Shown in pieces: positions 18,709 to 29,204 of a stretch of DNA of 64,000 bases. Source of the stretch: Gallionella sp. Its GTDB lineage: Bacteria > Pseudomonadota > Gammaproteobacteria > Burkholderiales > Gallionellaceae. The stretch lies in NCBI GenBank assembly GCA_035529955.1, contig DATKVR010000036.1:188-64187 (forward strand), written 5' to 3'. A program made the translations under genes and the position numbers. How positions within the stretch are numbered: the first letter of the stretch is position 1; the number at the start of each line of letters is the position of its first letter. The notes beneath the pieces are model-generated. The model searched no databases. It was not told where the DNA came from and saw only the letters and a program-made list of their open reading frames with translations.

Positions 18709-21159
18709 ATGCCTATCTCGAAGCTGCCCCCCGCCGAACTCCGCCTCACCATCGCGCCCGATACGCTGGGCTTCGCCGACACATCCGAACTGGCGGGACA
18801 AACCCTGCCATGGATCGGGCAGGCGCGCGCGGAAGCGGCCGCGCGCTTTGGACTCGGAATGGATCAGCCGGATTACAACCTGTTCGTGCTCGGCGAAGTC
18901 GGCAGCGGACGTTCTTCGCTGCTCAAACAGGCAATGCAAACGACTGCCGCAAGCAAAGCCGTGCCGCCCGACCTGTGCTACCTGCACAACTTCGATGCGC
19001 CGGAAAGACCGCGCGCGCTGCGCCTGCCTGCCGGCCAGGGACGATTGCTGCGCCAATTCATGGCACAGTTGGCGAAATCGCTGCAGAAGGAAATACCCCG
19101 GCAGCTGGACGGGCAGGATTTCAAGGCCGAAAGCGAGCGCATCGAAAAAACCTACAAGACGGAAGAAACCAAGGCCTACGCGGAACTCGAGGCGTTTGCC
19201 GAAGCGCGCAGCTTTACCATGCACCGCGAGACCGGGCACATTCTTTTCACGCTGCTCGGAAAAAAAGGACGCGCCTACACCGAGGACGAAGTGCTTGCCT
19301 TGCCCAAGGGACGCCGTGCCGAGATCGCGCTGGCCGAGCAGGAGCTGCGCGCCGAGATCGCCCGATATTTCGACAGGACCCGGCCGATGGAACGGGTGAT
19401 GAACGAGGCGCTGGCAGCGTTGCGGCGCCAGGTGGTGAAGCCGCTGCTGGAACACGAACTTCAGGATATCCGTGCCGGACTGAAAAAGCAGATCAAGGAT
19501 GCGGTCAAGCTCGGCGCATATCTGGATGAAGTCGAGCATGATGTGCTCGAGAATCTTGAGCTGTTCAAGGTTTCCGATAGCGATGAGGAAATCAGGCGCG
19601 AAGCATTGACCACGATTCTGTCCCGCTACCGGGTCAATCTGGTGGTGGACAACGACGGCCTGCACGGCGCGCCGGTGATCGTCGAGGATAACCCCCTGTA
19701 CCGCTCGCTGTTCGGCAGCATCGAATACCAGACCGAAAGCGATGTGCTGATGACCGATTTTTCGCGCATCCGCGCCGGCAGCCTGCACCGCGCACACGGC
19801 GGCTTTTTGATGCTGCATCTGCGCGACCTGCTGGCCGACCCGCTGGTGTGGGAAAAGCTGCGGCGCTTCCTGCGCAGCGGCAGGCTGCAGATCGAGGAAC
19901 CGGGCACCGCGTTCGCGCCGATCGCGGCTGTTTCGCTGATGCCGGAAGCGGTGGATATCGAGACCAAGATCATCATGATCGGTTCGCGCGAACAATATTA
20001 CGAGTTGCAGGAGGGCGATCCGGAGTTCGCGCGCCGCTTCCGCGTCAAGGTGGACTTTGCCGAGAGTTTTTCGTCGAGCGCCGAGACCCGCCACGCTTCG
20101 GCGATCTTCGTCGCCCACACCTGCCGCGATCTCGGACTGCCGCATTTTTCCGCCGCCGCCGTGGCGCGCCTGCTCGAGGATGGACACCGCGAAGTGGATG
20201 ACCAGTCGCGCCAGAGCGCGATCTTCGCCGGCACCGAGGCACTGGTGATGGAAAGCGCCGCACTGTGCAACGCCCGTGCAGGCCGTTTGGCCAAGGCGCC
20301 CGTAGTCGAGACACTGGATGTCGAGGCGGCAATCCGCGCGCGCACCTTGCGCCACGATTATCCCGACCAGCGCATGCAGCAATCGATCGTCGAAGGCGAT
20401 GTGCTGATCACGTTGCAGGGCGAGAAAACCGGCCAGCTCAATGCGCTGACCCAGATAGACCTGGGGGATTACCGCTTCGGCTTCCCGGTGCGCGTCACGG
20501 CGCGGACTTTTGCCGGGGAGGAAGGTCTGCTCAACATCGAACGCGAGGTGGAACTGTCGGGGCCGATCCACGACAAGGGCGTGCTGATCCTGCAGAACTA
20601 TCTGTCCGCGCTGTTTGCGCAGAACGCACCGCTCGCGCTTAACGCATCCATCGTGTTCGAACAGGAATATCACGGCGTCGAGGGTGACTCCGCTTCCTGC
20701 GCCGAACTTTATGTGTTGCTCTCGTCCCTGTCCGGCCGGCCGCTCAAGCAGGGTATCGCGGTGACCGGCGCGGTCAACCAGCACGGCGAAGTGTTGCCGG
20801 TGGGCGGTATCAATGAAAAGATCGAAGGCTACTTTCGCATTTGCTCGACAGCCGGACTGGACGGTAGCCAGGGCGTGCTGATCCCGCACCGCAATCGCCA
20901 CCACCTGATGCTGGAGCACCGCATCGTCGAGGCCGTGGAGCAGGGTTTATTTCACATTTACACCGCGCAACACGCGAGCGAAGGCATGGAACTGCTGACA
21001 GGGTACCCGTTTGGCACCGAGGACGAAGCGGGTGGTTATCCCCGCGACAGCATAATGGGGTGCGCCCAGAAAACCCTGCTGGCCTACCGCCGCGCCTGCC
21101 AGATATCGGGACACCATGAACCGGAACACCCGAAGTCGGGACACCGGCGCGTGCGCTGA
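18709..21159 (+). CDS. Lon-like S16 protease (LonC/YcbZ-type, AAA_32 N-terminus)
   Basis: AGSLHRAHGG, NIEREVELSGPIHDKG, EGDSAS and PVGGINEKIEG motifs. Confidence 0.9.
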   Translation: MPISKLPPAELRLTIAPDTLGFADTSELAGQTLPWIGQARAEAAARFGLGMDQPDYNLFVLGEVGSGRSSLLKQAMQTTAASKAVPPDLCYLHNFDAPERPRALRLPAGQGRLLRQFMAQLAKSLQKEIPRQLDGQDFKAESERIEKTYKTEETKAYAELEAFAEARSFTMHRETGHILFTLLGKKGRAYTEDEVLALPKGRRAEIALAEQELRAEIARYFDRTRPMERVMNEALAALRRQVVKPLLEHELQDIRAGLKKQIKDAVKLGAYLDEVEHDVLENLELFKVSDSDEEIRREALTTILSRYRVNLVVDNDGLHGAPVIVEDNPLYRSLFGSIEYQTESDVLMTDFSRIRAGSLHRAHGGFLMLHLRDLLADPLVWEKLRRFLRSGRLQIEEPGTAFAPIAAVSLMPEAVDIETKIIMIGSREQYYELQEGDPEFARRFRVKVDFAESFSSSAETRHASAIFVAHTCRDLGLPHFSAAAVARLLEDGHREVDDQSRQSAIFAGTEALVMESAALCNARAGRLAKAPVVETLDVEAAIRARTLRHDYPDQRMQQSIVEGDVLITLQGEKTGQLNALTQIDLGDYRFGFPVRVTARTFAGEEGLLNIEREVELSGPIHDKGVLILQNYLSALFAQNAPLALNASIVFEQEYHGVEGDSASCAELYVLLSSLSGRPLKQGIAVTGAVNQHGEVLPVGGINEKIEGYFRICSTAGLDGSQGVLIPHRNRHHLMLEHRIVEAVEQGLFHIYTAQHASEGMELLTGYPFGTEDEAGGYPRDSIMGCAQKTLLAYRRACQISGHHEPEHPKSGHRRVR

Positions 21160-21181
21160 ACCGGGATTGCAGAATCAAAAA

Positions 21182-21976
21182 ATGAAAGCTGAAAATCCTA
21201 TCGGTGTTTTCGATTCCGGCGTGGGTGGATTGGCGGTACTGCGCGAGATCCGCCGCGAACTGCCGGGCGAAGACCTGCTCTATGTGGCCGATTCCGGCCA
21301 TGCCCCGTATGGCGACAAACCCCCTCAGGTGATCGAGGCAAGATCGATCGCGATTGCCGAATTCCTGGTCGGCCAGCACGCCAAGGCCATCGTCGTGGCC
21401 TGCAACACCGCAACCGGCGTGGCGATCAAGGCGCTGCGCGCAAGATTCCCGCTACCCATCATTGCCATGGAGCCCGCCGTCAAACCAGCCGCCGCGCATA
21501 CCCGATCCGGCGTGATCGGTGTGCTGGCCACCAGCAGGACGATCACCAGCGACAATTTTGCGAAACTGCACGAACGGTTCGGCGCCGAGGTAAAAATCCT
21601 GATGCAGGCCTGTCCGGGACTGGTCGAACAGGTTGAAGCGGGCAACCTGTCCGGTGTCGAAACCCGTGCATTGCTCGAACGATATATCCTGCCTTTGCTG
21701 GCGCAGCAAGCCGACACCCTCGTGCTGGGTTGCACGCACTACCCGTTCCTCGCCCCGCTGATCCGGGAGATTGCCGGAACGACGGTCACCGTCATTGATC
21801 CCTCCGCGGCGATCGCACGCGAACTGCGGCGCAGGCTGGCAACCGCCAACCTGCTGTCGGACGAAAGTCGTGAGGGTACGCAGCGCTTCTGGAGCAGCGC
21901 CAGATCGGACACCACCCGACTGGTGGTTTCACAATTATGGAAAGCCGACATAGACCTGCAGCAATTGCCGGACTGA
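21182..21976 (+). CDS. murI: Glutamate racemase
   Basis: IGVFDSGVGG, VACNTA and LGCTHYP motifs. Confidence 0.96.
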   Translation: MKAENPIGVFDSGVGGLAVLREIRRELPGEDLLYVADSGHAPYGDKPPQVIEARSIAIAEFLVGQHAKAIVVACNTATGVAIKALRARFPLPIIAMEPAVKPAAAHTRSGVIGVLATSRTITSDNFAKLHERFGAEVKILMQACPGLVEQVEAGNLSGVETRALLERYILPLLAQQADTLVLGCTHYPFLAPLIREIAGTTVTVIDPSAAIARELRRRLATANLLSDESREGTQRFWSSARSDTTRLVVSQLWKADIDLQQLPD

Positions 21977-22067
21977 AACGCCCCCCGCTTTCCCCCGAAT
22001 GGCTCGGACCATCATGACAAGGCGTCCCGGGTCCACATACCCGAGTAAATCCATCATTTATAAATGA

Positions 22068-22095
22068 CTTGAATTTTGAAATTTCAGGTTCATAT
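22068..22095 (+). promoter_or_regulatory. Possible sigma-32 promoter upstream of the Hsp20 gene
   Basis: CTTGAA-N14-GTTCATAT versus consensus CTTGAA-N13/14-CCCCATNT; the -10 match is only partial. Confidence 0.3.
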
Positions 22096-22168
22096 TGTCA
22101 GTGTCAGCAGCAGATTCTCGAATGCCGGCTGAATGTTTGCAATTAAACTTTTATCGTGGAGGTCTATC

Positions 22169-22618
22169 ATGAATTTAGTTAAATGGGATCCATTCGTGGA
22201 ACTGGAAGATGTCTCGAAACATTTGAACCGAATCTTCGGGAGATTCCCGGCCCGCGCCGAAGCAGACCGTGATGTGTTGGCCGTGGCCGACTGGGCGCCT
22301 AGCGTCGATATCACCGAAACAGACTCGGCATACATGATCAAGGGTGAGATTCCCGGCGTGAACAAGGAAGACGTCAAGGTCACCATCGAAGACGGCATGA
22401 TCACGATGCACGGTGAACGCAAGCAGGAAAAGGAAGAGAAGGACAAGAAGTTCCACCGCATCGAACGTTCCTACGGCAGTTTCCTGCGCAGCTTCCGTGT
22501 GCCCGACGATGTCGACGAGAACGCGGTGAAGGCCGAATTCAAGGATGGCATGATCAACGTCACGCTACCGAAATCCGGCAAGAGCAAAGCCAAATCGATC
22601 AATGTTTCGATCGCCTGA
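22169..22618 (+). CDS. Small heat-shock protein (Hsp20/alpha-crystallin)
   Basis: WAPSVDI, ERSYGSFLRSF and AEFKDG motifs with a C-terminal IxI-like INVSI; RBS GGAGG. Confidence 0.95.
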   Translation: MNLVKWDPFVELEDVSKHLNRIFGRFPARAEADRDVLAVADWAPSVDITETDSAYMIKGEIPGVNKEDVKVTIEDGMITMHGERKQEKEEKDKKFHRIERSYGSFLRSFRVPDDVDENAVKAEFKDGMINVTLPKSGKSKAKSINVSIA

Positions 22619-22691
22619 AAAAAAATCAGCGCCCCGCGCCACCCCGGAGTATCGGGAAAGTGCGGGGATGCGCTGGCAGCAGGAGACTATC

Positions 22692-23192
22692 ATGAGCAAT
22701 CAGACACACCCGGCAGGCTTTCATCCCATCCGCCGCGACCGGTTACCGCTGGAAACGCTAATGGACAGCTACAAAGCCAGGGGCAAACTTTCCGAGCCGA
22801 CGGTCTGCACGGACTGCGGCGCGGTGTTCCAGACCGGACGCTGGCAGTGGCTGGCAAAACCCAAGGACGCGCATCAGACAACCTGCCCTGCCTGCCATCG
22901 CGTGCATGATCGTTTCCCGGCGGGCTACGTGATTTTGAGCGGGGAATTTCTCGGCCAGCACGAACAGGAAATCATGCAGCTGATACAGCACCGGGAAACC
23001 CAAGAAAAGGCGGGACACCCGATGCAGCGCATCATGGACATTGAGAAGACCAAAGAAGGTACGCTGGTGACCACCACCGACATTCATCTGGCGCGCGGTA
23101 TCGGTGAAGCGTTGCACCATGCCTATCAGGGCGAACTGGATTTTCACTACAACCCGGATCAGAATCTGTTGCGCGTCAGCTGGAGCCGTTAA
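22692..23192 (+). CDS. BCAM0308-family protein (putative Zn-binding)
   Basis: CTDC...GRWQW...CPAC, HPMQRIM and TTDIHLARGIGEAL motifs; RBS AGGAG. Confidence 0.8.
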   Translation: MSNQTHPAGFHPIRRDRLPLETLMDSYKARGKLSEPTVCTDCGAVFQTGRWQWLAKPKDAHQTTCPACHRVHDRFPAGYVILSGEFLGQHEQEIMQLIQHRETQEKAGHPMQRIMDIEKTKEGTLVTTTDIHLARGIGEALHHAYQGELDFHYNPDQNLLRVSWSR

Positions 23193-23218
23193 TTTCTGTA
23201 GCGCGGGGCTCGGTGGGG

Positions 23219-23512
23219 TCAATCGTCGCTATGGCGGATTGACACGTCTTCTGCCGGTTCACCGGTTTCGGGATCTATCCAGCCGCAGATGCCGATCTCA
23301 TCTTCAGCATCTTCCAGCGTTTCGCCTTCTTCAATACTGTTGTCGTTCAGCCCTTCCATGTCCTGCACCGCCTCTGCGCGCGTGGCAAAAGGGCCGAACT
23401 CCTGCCCGATCTCCCTGTCCTGCCAGTAAAAGCCGTCCGGGCGTTCAACGATCTGAGCCTGGTCGTCTTCGGAAGGGTCTGGTGCAACGGGTGTATTCTT
23501 GGTCTTGGTCAT
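23219..23512 (-). CDS. Small acidic hypothetical protein
   Basis: RBS GGAGG; IVERPDGFYWQ and EFGPFAT segments; very D/E rich. Confidence 0.7.
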   Translation of the reverse strand: MTKTKNTPVAPDPSEDDQAQIVERPDGFYWQDREIGQEFGPFATRAEAVQDMEGLNDNSIEEGETLEDAEDEIGICGWIDPETGEPAEDVSIRHSDD

Positions 23513-23566
23513 CGTTACCTCCAATCGTACCTGGCGTTCTGACAAGTCATTCTGTTCAACGCCGTT

Positions 23567-24112
23567 TCAAAGCTTGATGAAATGTTCCCGGTAATGCTTC
23601 ATCTCGCTGATGGATTCGTAGATATCGGCGAGCGCTTCGTGCTTGCCGTGCTTTTTAACCCCTTGTGCCATGTCCGGTTTCCAGCGCTTGGCCAGTTCCT
23701 TGAGGGTGCTCACGTCGAGATTCCGGTAATGAAAGTAATCCTCGAGCTTCGGCATCCAGCGCGCCAGGAAGCGCCTGTCCTGGCAGATCGAGTTGCCGCA
23801 CATCGGGGAGGTGCGGGTCGGCACATATTCCTTCAGGAACTCGAGCATTTGCTCCTCGACCATGGCCTCATTCAGCGTGGACGCCTTTACCTTGCCGATC
23901 AGTCCGGATTTGGCGTGTGTGGATTTGTTCCATGCATCCATGCCGTCCAGCACACTGTCCGGCTGATGCAACACCAGCACCGGGGCCTCGGCGATCGTTT
24001 CCAGATTATTGTCGGTGATCACCAGCGCGACCTCGATCACGCGGTCGGTATCCGGCAGCAGGCCGGTCATTTCCATGTCTATCCAGATAAGGTAATTTTG
24101 GTTTTGTGCCAT
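23567..24112 (-). CDS. orn: Oligoribonuclease
   Basis: [32 protein letters not shown] and HEALADI motifs. Confidence 0.97.
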   Translation of the reverse strand: MAQNQNYLIWIDMEMTGLLPDTDRVIEVALVITDNNLETIAEAPVLVLHQPDSVLDGMDAWNKSTHAKSGLIGKVKASTLNEAMVEEQMLEFLKEYVPTRTSPMCGNSICQDRRFLARWMPKLEDYFHYRNLDVSTLKELAKRWKPDMAQGVKKHGKHEALADIYESISEMKHYREHFIKL

Positions 24113-24194
24113 AATTCGTGCAGCTGATATTGAACGGTGTGACGTGTATTGTGTCACAACCACGCCTGTTGCGAACACTGAAATAACAATCCAT

Positions 24195-25445
24195 ATGACT
24201 GCAATGCAATTCACCCTGATCTTCATCGCCGCGGTAACGGTGACCACCCTGGCCAAGCTGTGGCTGGCCCGCCGCCATCTCGCGTATATCGCTGCGCACC
24301 GTGCCGCTGTGCCGGATGCATTCCATGAAACAGTCCGGATAGACGAGCATCAAAAGGCGGCCGACTATACATCGGCAAAGACGCGATTCGACATGCTGGG
24401 AACGCTGTTCGACGCCGCGTTGCTGCTGGCATTCACGCTGGGCGGCGGCATCCAGTTTATCGCCGACAAGTGCAACGGCTGGTTCAGCACACCGATCGTG
24501 CAAGGCATGGCCGCCATCGTCGCGGTGCTGGCGCTGTATTCTGTGCTGGAAGCCCCGTTCAATATCTATCGCACCTTCGTCATCGAGGCGCGTTTCGGCT
24601 TCAATAAAATGACATTCAAGCTGTACCTGCTGGACGCGCTGAAAGGAATACTGATCGGCGCTGTCCTCGGCCTGCCGCTGCTGTCCGGCGTGTTGTGGCT
24701 GATGGGGCGCATGGGTACCTACTGGTGGCTGTATGTGTGGGGAGTGTGGGTGGTATTCAACCTGCTGATCCTGTTTATCTACCCGTCATTCATCGCGCCG
24801 CTGTTCAATAAATTTTCGCCGCTGCAGGACGACGTGATGAAGGCGCGTATCGAGTCGCTGCTCAAGCGCTGCGGGTTTACCGCGCAGGGATTGTTCGTGA
24901 TGGACGGCTCGAAACGCAGCGCGCACGGCAACGCCTACTTCACCGGCTTCGGCAAAACCAAGCGCATCGTGTTCTTCGACACCCTGCTGGAACGCCTGAG
25001 CATCAGTGAAGTCGAGGCGGTACTGGCGCATGAACTGGGCCATTTCAAACGCCGCCATGTAATGAAACGCATCATTTTCACCTTTGCGCTGAGCCTGGTG
25101 TTCCTGTGGCTGCTCGGTGTGCTGATGCAGACCACCTGGTTCTATCAGGGTCTGGGCGTTACCACACCGTCGACTGCGCTCGCGCTGCTGCTGCTCTTCA
25201 TGGTGCTGCCGGTTTTCAGTTTCCTGCTCGGACCGGTCATGTCGGCCTACTCGCGCAAACATGAATTCGAGGCTGACGCGTATGCCGCAAAGCAGACCGG
25301 TGCGGCCGACCTGGTCAGCGCGCTGGTCAAACTGTACCAGGACAACGCGGCGACACTGACACCCGATCCTCTGTATTCAAAATTTTACGATTCGCACCCC
25401 CCGGCCATGGTGCGCATTTCCCAGCTGCAATCCGCGCAAACCTGA
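24195..25445 (+). CDS. M48 family (Ste24-like) membrane metallopeptidase
   Basis: [25 protein letters not shown] and SHPP motifs. Confidence 0.94.
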   Translation: MTAMQFTLIFIAAVTVTTLAKLWLARRHLAYIAAHRAAVPDAFHETVRIDEHQKAADYTSAKTRFDMLGTLFDAALLLAFTLGGGIQFIADKCNGWFSTPIVQGMAAIVAVLALYSVLEAPFNIYRTFVIEARFGFNKMTFKLYLLDALKGILIGAVLGLPLLSGVLWLMGRMGTYWWLYVWGVWVVFNLLILFIYPSFIAPLFNKFSPLQDDVMKARIESLLKRCGFTAQGLFVMDGSKRSAHGNAYFTGFGKTKRIVFFDTLLERLSISEVEAVLAHELGHFKRRHVMKRIIFTFALSLVFLWLLGVLMQTTWFYQGLGVTTPSTALALLLLFMVLPVFSFLLGPVMSAYSRKHEFEADAYAAKQTGAADLVSALVKLYQDNAATLTPDPLYSKFYDSHPPAMVRISQLQSAQT

Positions 25446-25472
25446 ATCTGAATTACCACAAGGAGAACTTCC

Positions 25473-25793
25473 ATGAGAATGATCGCAACCCTGATTTTTC
25501 CCGCAATGATGCTGCTGGGCGCCGCAACTGCCGCATCGGCCAATCCCTTTCCGGACGGCAATCCCCAGACCGGGGAAAAACTGTTCGCGCAATACAATTG
25601 CAACCAATGCCATAACAAGATCATGGGCGGTGACGGCAACAAGATATTCACCCGCATTGATCGCAAGCGTAATACCCCGGCCGGATTGATTGAGCAGATC
25701 GGCATCTGCAGCGGCAATGTCAACGCGCATTTCACGAAGCAGGAAACGCGGGATCTCGCCGCTTATCTCAACATCTTCTACAAATTCAAGTGA
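25473..25793 (+). CDS. Monoheme cytochrome c, green-heme-protein-like
   Basis: Signal peptide; CNQCH; lone distal Cys in QIGICSGN; AAYLN C-terminal helix. Confidence 0.8.
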   Translation: MRMIATLIFPAMMLLGAATAASANPFPDGNPQTGEKLFAQYNCNQCHNKIMGGDGNKIFTRIDRKRNTPAGLIEQIGICSGNVNAHFTKQETRDLAAYLNIFYKFK

Positions 25794-25800
25794 GGCAGCC

Positions 25801-26139
25801 ATGAGCAAAGCAAGTGACTTGACCGGCAGGCACTGTGAACCTTGCGAAGCCGGCACACCGCCGCTTTCGAATGCGGAAGCCGACGGTTTGATGCTGAAGA
25901 TCGAAGGCTGGCGACGCTACGATCACCTGATCAGCAAAACATACCATTTCAAGAACTATTACCAGACCATGGCATTCGTGAATGCGCTCGCATGGCTGTC
26001 GCACACCGAGGACCATCATCCCGAACTCACCGTCACCTACAACAGCTGCCGGGTGGAATACACCACCCATTCCGTGCACGGGCTGTCGAAAAACGATTTC
26101 ATCTGCGCCGCGAAAGTGGATGCGCTGTTCAAGATTTGA
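25801..26139 (+). CDS. phhB: Pterin-4a-carbinolamine dehydratase
   Basis: CEPCE, EDHHP and THSVHGLSKNDFICAAK motifs. Confidence 0.93.
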   Translation: MSKASDLTGRHCEPCEAGTPPLSNAEADGLMLKIEGWRRYDHLISKTYHFKNYYQTMAFVNALAWLSHTEDHHPELTVTYNSCRVEYTTHSVHGLSKNDFICAAKVDALFKI

Positions 26140-27032
26140 GCGAGTTCCTGCACGGGCAAGTCGTTGCTGCATTCGGCCGGCAGTATCTGGTCAGGATCGA
26201 TGACGGCGGTGAAATGGCCTGCCTGACCCGCGGCAAAAAAAGCGAGGTGGCGTGCGGTGATATTGTCGAAATCAAACGCACGGCGAACGCTTCCACCGGG
26301 GACGGCAGCGGCGCACAGGGTGTAATCGAACGCATCGCGCCGCGCCGCTCGCTGCTGCACCGATCCGATGCTTTCCGCGAGAAACTCATTGCCGCGAACG
26401 TCACGCAGATCATCGTGGTGGTGGCCGCCGAACCCTCTTTCAGCGACGAGTTGCTGGCGCGCTGCATGGTTGCGGCTTTCGACCAGAAGCTCGAGGTGCT
26501 GATCGTGCTGAACAAATGCGATCTGTCCGATGCCGCGGCTGCCGCGCGCAAACGGCTCATCGCCTACTCCGCCATCGGCTATCGTGTGCTGGAACTCAGC
26601 GCCAGGCGGGACGTATCCGCGTTGCGGCCATTTCTGCACGGGCACACCAGCGTGCTGGTCGGCCAATCCGGTATGGGCAAATCCACGCTGATCAACGCGT
26701 TGCTGCCCGACGCCCAGGCCGCAACGCGCGAAATCTCCACGGTGCTGGATTCCGGCAAACACACCACCACCCATGCGCGCATGTACACGATAGATTCAAA
26801 TAGCAAGCTGATCGACTGTCCCGGTGTACAGGCATTCGGCCTGCATCATCTGAGCTTCGGCGGAATTGAACAGGGGTTCGTCGAGTTCGCCCAATATCTC
26901 GGCCAATGCCGCTTTCACGATTGCCGCCACGGACATGAACCGGGCTGCGCGCTGCGCAATGCGGTTGCGGAAGGAAAGATCGATGCACGCAGGCTGGAGT
27001 TATTCCTGAAAATCGCCGCAAACAAGGCGTAG
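26136..27032 (+). CDS. rsgA: Ribosome small subunit-dependent GTPase A
   Basis: NKCD, GQSGMGKS, GKHTTT, DCPG and a C-terminal Zn site CRFHDCRHGHEPGC; TTG start assumed. Confidence 0.95.
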   Translation: MSEFLHGQVVAAFGRQYLVRIDDGGEMACLTRGKKSEVACGDIVEIKRTANASTGDGSGAQGVIERIAPRRSLLHRSDAFREKLIAANVTQIIVVVAAEPSFSDELLARCMVAAFDQKLEVLIVLNKCDLSDAAAAARKRLIAYSAIGYRVLELSARRDVSALRPFLHGHTSVLVGQSGMGKSTLINALLPDAQAATREISTVLDSGKHTTTHARMYTIDSNSKLIDCPGVQAFGLHHLSFGGIEQGFVEFAQYLGQCRFHDCRHGHEPGCALRNAVAEGKIDARRLELFLKIAANKA

Positions 27033-27045
27033 TAACAACACTCGT

Positions 27046-27597
27046 CTACACCCCATCCAACCCCAACTTCTTCCATCCGTCGTGCCCCAGCCTCTTCATC
27101 GTCTCGACATTGTGATCGACGATCTGCTCGGCATCCGGTAAGGCTGCCACGGCACGATCCACGCTTGCTTCGCGCAACAGGTGCAACGTCGGGTAAGGTG
27201 AACGGTTGGGGTAATTCTCGATGTCGTCCGGCGCCGTGCCGGCAAACTGATACTGCGGATGCAGGCTGGCGACCTGGAACTCGTCGTTGAACGCCGGCTC
27301 CGCAACCGCGATATCGACGCTATCCAGAAAATCATTGAAATCCAGAAAATCACCGAGCACATACGGATGGATCAGCAGCGTGGTGTCGATTTTGTCCGGA
27401 TCGGCATCCTGGAGCGTGCGCAACTCGCCCATCAAGTCCTCCAGCAACGCCTCCGGCGACGTCGCCGGGCTGACCACGTAGCGTATCTGGTTTTTGACGT
27501 GCACGGCCTTGGCAAACGGGCACAGGTTGAGGCCGATCACGGCTTTCTCCAGCCAGCGTTGCGTGGCGGCGATAATGGTTTCGTTTTCGTCGGTCAT
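27046..27597 (-). CDS. DUF1415 family protein
   Basis: VIGLNLCPFA, HPQYQFAG and NRSPYPTLHLLRE motifs. Confidence 0.9.
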   Translation of the reverse strand: MTDENETIIAATQRWLEKAVIGLNLCPFAKAVHVKNQIRYVVSPATSPEALLEDLMGELRTLQDADPDKIDTTLLIHPYVLGDFLDFNDFLDSVDIAVAEPAFNDEFQVASLHPQYQFAGTAPDDIENYPNRSPYPTLHLLREASVDRAVAALPDAEQIVDHNVETMKRLGHDGWKKLGLDGV

Positions 27598-27608
27598 TCA
27601 GCGCTTTC

Positions 27609-28586
27609 CTAAACCAATAAGGGCGGTTCATCCATCAATGCAATCTGCTCGCGCAATTCCAGTATACGGTCCTGCCAGTAGCGTTGCGTATTGAACCAGG
27701 GAAAGGCAACCGTAAAAGCGGGATCATCCCAGCGCCGCGCAATCCATGCGGCGTAATGGATCAATCGCAGGGTGCGCAGTGCTTCGACCAGATGCAGCTC
27801 GCTGGGGTTGATATCAAAAAAATCCTCGTACCCTGCCATCAGATCGGCAAACTGGCGCACCATGTCTGCGCGCTCACCGGATAGCAGCATCCACAGATCC
27901 TGGATCGCGGGCCCCATGCGGCTGTCGTCGAAATCAACGAAGTGCGGCCCCGCATCAGTCCACAGCACATTGCCTGCATGACAGTCGCCATACAAACGAA
28001 TTATTTTTACGTTACCGGCGCGGCCGTAACAACGCCTCACACCATCCAGTGCCTGCGCAACCACGCCGCGATAGACCTCTGCCAACTCGGCCGGAATGAA
28101 GTTGTGTTCCAGCAGGAACACGCTCGGCTCCATACCGAAACTCTCTATGTCCAGCGCGGGGCGATGACGGTAGGATTGCAGCGCGCCGACGGCATGGATG
28201 CGGCCGATGAAACGCCCCATCCATTCCAGCGTATCACGGTCATCCAGCTCGGGAGCGCGGCCTCCGTGCCTGGTGAACACGGAAAAGCGAAAGCCGTTGA
28301 AATTGTGCAACGTGTTGCCATTGACTTCCAGTGCCGGCACGACCGGAATCTCGCGTTCTGCCAGTGTCGCGACAAAAGCGTGTTCTTCCAAAATTTCGGC
28401 GTCTGACCAGCGCTCGGGCCGATAAAATTTGGCAATCAGCGGGGGGCCGGCCTCCATACCCGTCTGATAAACCCGATTTTCATAGCTGTTGAGGGCAAGC
28501 AACCGGCCGTCGCCATGCAAGCCGATGTCGTCCAGGGCATCAAGAACGATATCCGGGGTAAGCGTGGAAAAGGGTTGTATCTGCAT
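27609..28586 (-). CDS. srkA: Ser/Thr kinase SrkA/RdoA (YihE)
   Basis: LNSYENRVY, KFYRPERW, GDCHAGN, DFDD and RRWDDPAF motifs. Confidence 0.93.
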   Translation of the reverse strand: MQIQPFSTLTPDIVLDALDDIGLHGDGRLLALNSYENRVYQTGMEAGPPLIAKFYRPERWSDAEILEEHAFVATLAEREIPVVPALEVNGNTLHNFNGFRFSVFTRHGGRAPELDDRDTLEWMGRFIGRIHAVGALQSYRHRPALDIESFGMEPSVFLLEHNFIPAELAEVYRGVVAQALDGVRRCYGRAGNVKIIRLYGDCHAGNVLWTDAGPHFVDFDDSRMGPAIQDLWMLLSGERADMVRQFADLMAGYEDFFDINPSELHLVEALRTLRLIHYAAWIARRWDDPAFTVAFPWFNTQRYWQDRILELREQIALMDEPPLLV

Positions 28587-28931
28587 ATGTGGATTGTACG
28601 GCAGCATGGCAACCACTTGTTGTTTACCGGCCACGCCCAAACCGGACGTGATGGCGAAACCGGCAGAATTGCGGGGCGGGAGCGGGTACTACATTATCCG
28701 GGCAGGCATCGGTTGGCGACCGGGATAAAGCAGACCAATAAAATCGGGATTGGCGCCCCAAGCCCACCCCCGTGGCAAAGCTGTACCCCGCTGATTAATA
28801 CACACTATTTATGGCTGAGCGAAAACACAAACTTTTGAAACGATTTGCTGTTGTTTCGTTCTTATAATGTAGTATTATTTGCCGAGCAGGCTTAGTAACT
28901 TTATAAATATACTTTTCAGGAGAGATATGTC

Positions 28932-29162
28932 ATGGCAGACCACTTGGACACCAAAAACTTGAGAATCGTGCAACAGGAAAAGCTGAAAGAGTTGCAGGCC
29001 CAGCAAAAGAACTTGAAAGAATTGCAAAGCGAATTGGAACGGATCAACACCAAAATCAAGAACCACGAAAAGCTGTCGGAGGATGACACCAAATTTATCG
29101 GCAACCTTGGTTGGCTGACCGCGCTGTCGGTGACGATCGCAGCCATTGCCTCCAGCCTGTAA
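28932..29162 (+). CDS. Small coiled-coil protein with a C-terminal hydrophobic anchor
   Basis: RBS AGGAG; Q/E/K-rich heptads followed by LGWLTALSVTIAAIASSL; followed by a terminator. Confidence 0.75.
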   Translation: MADHLDTKNLRIVQQEKLKELQAQQKNLKELQSELERINTKIKNHEKLSEDDTKFIGNLGWLTALSVTIAAIASSL

Positions 29163-29204
29163 TTTGCCGCTTTGACCGGGCAAGGCCTGCGTATCAAGCA
29201 GCGG

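Noticed and set aside
22100-22135. Possible CIRCE upstream of the Hsp20 gene; also the TTGGCACTC half-site near 30414
   Set aside because: Neither has the second GAGTGCTAA arm at 9-nt spacing
22880-22900. CPACH as a heme c motif in the BCAM0308-like protein
   Set aside because: There is no signal peptide, and it pairs with an upstream CxxC, so a cytoplasmic Zn site is more likely
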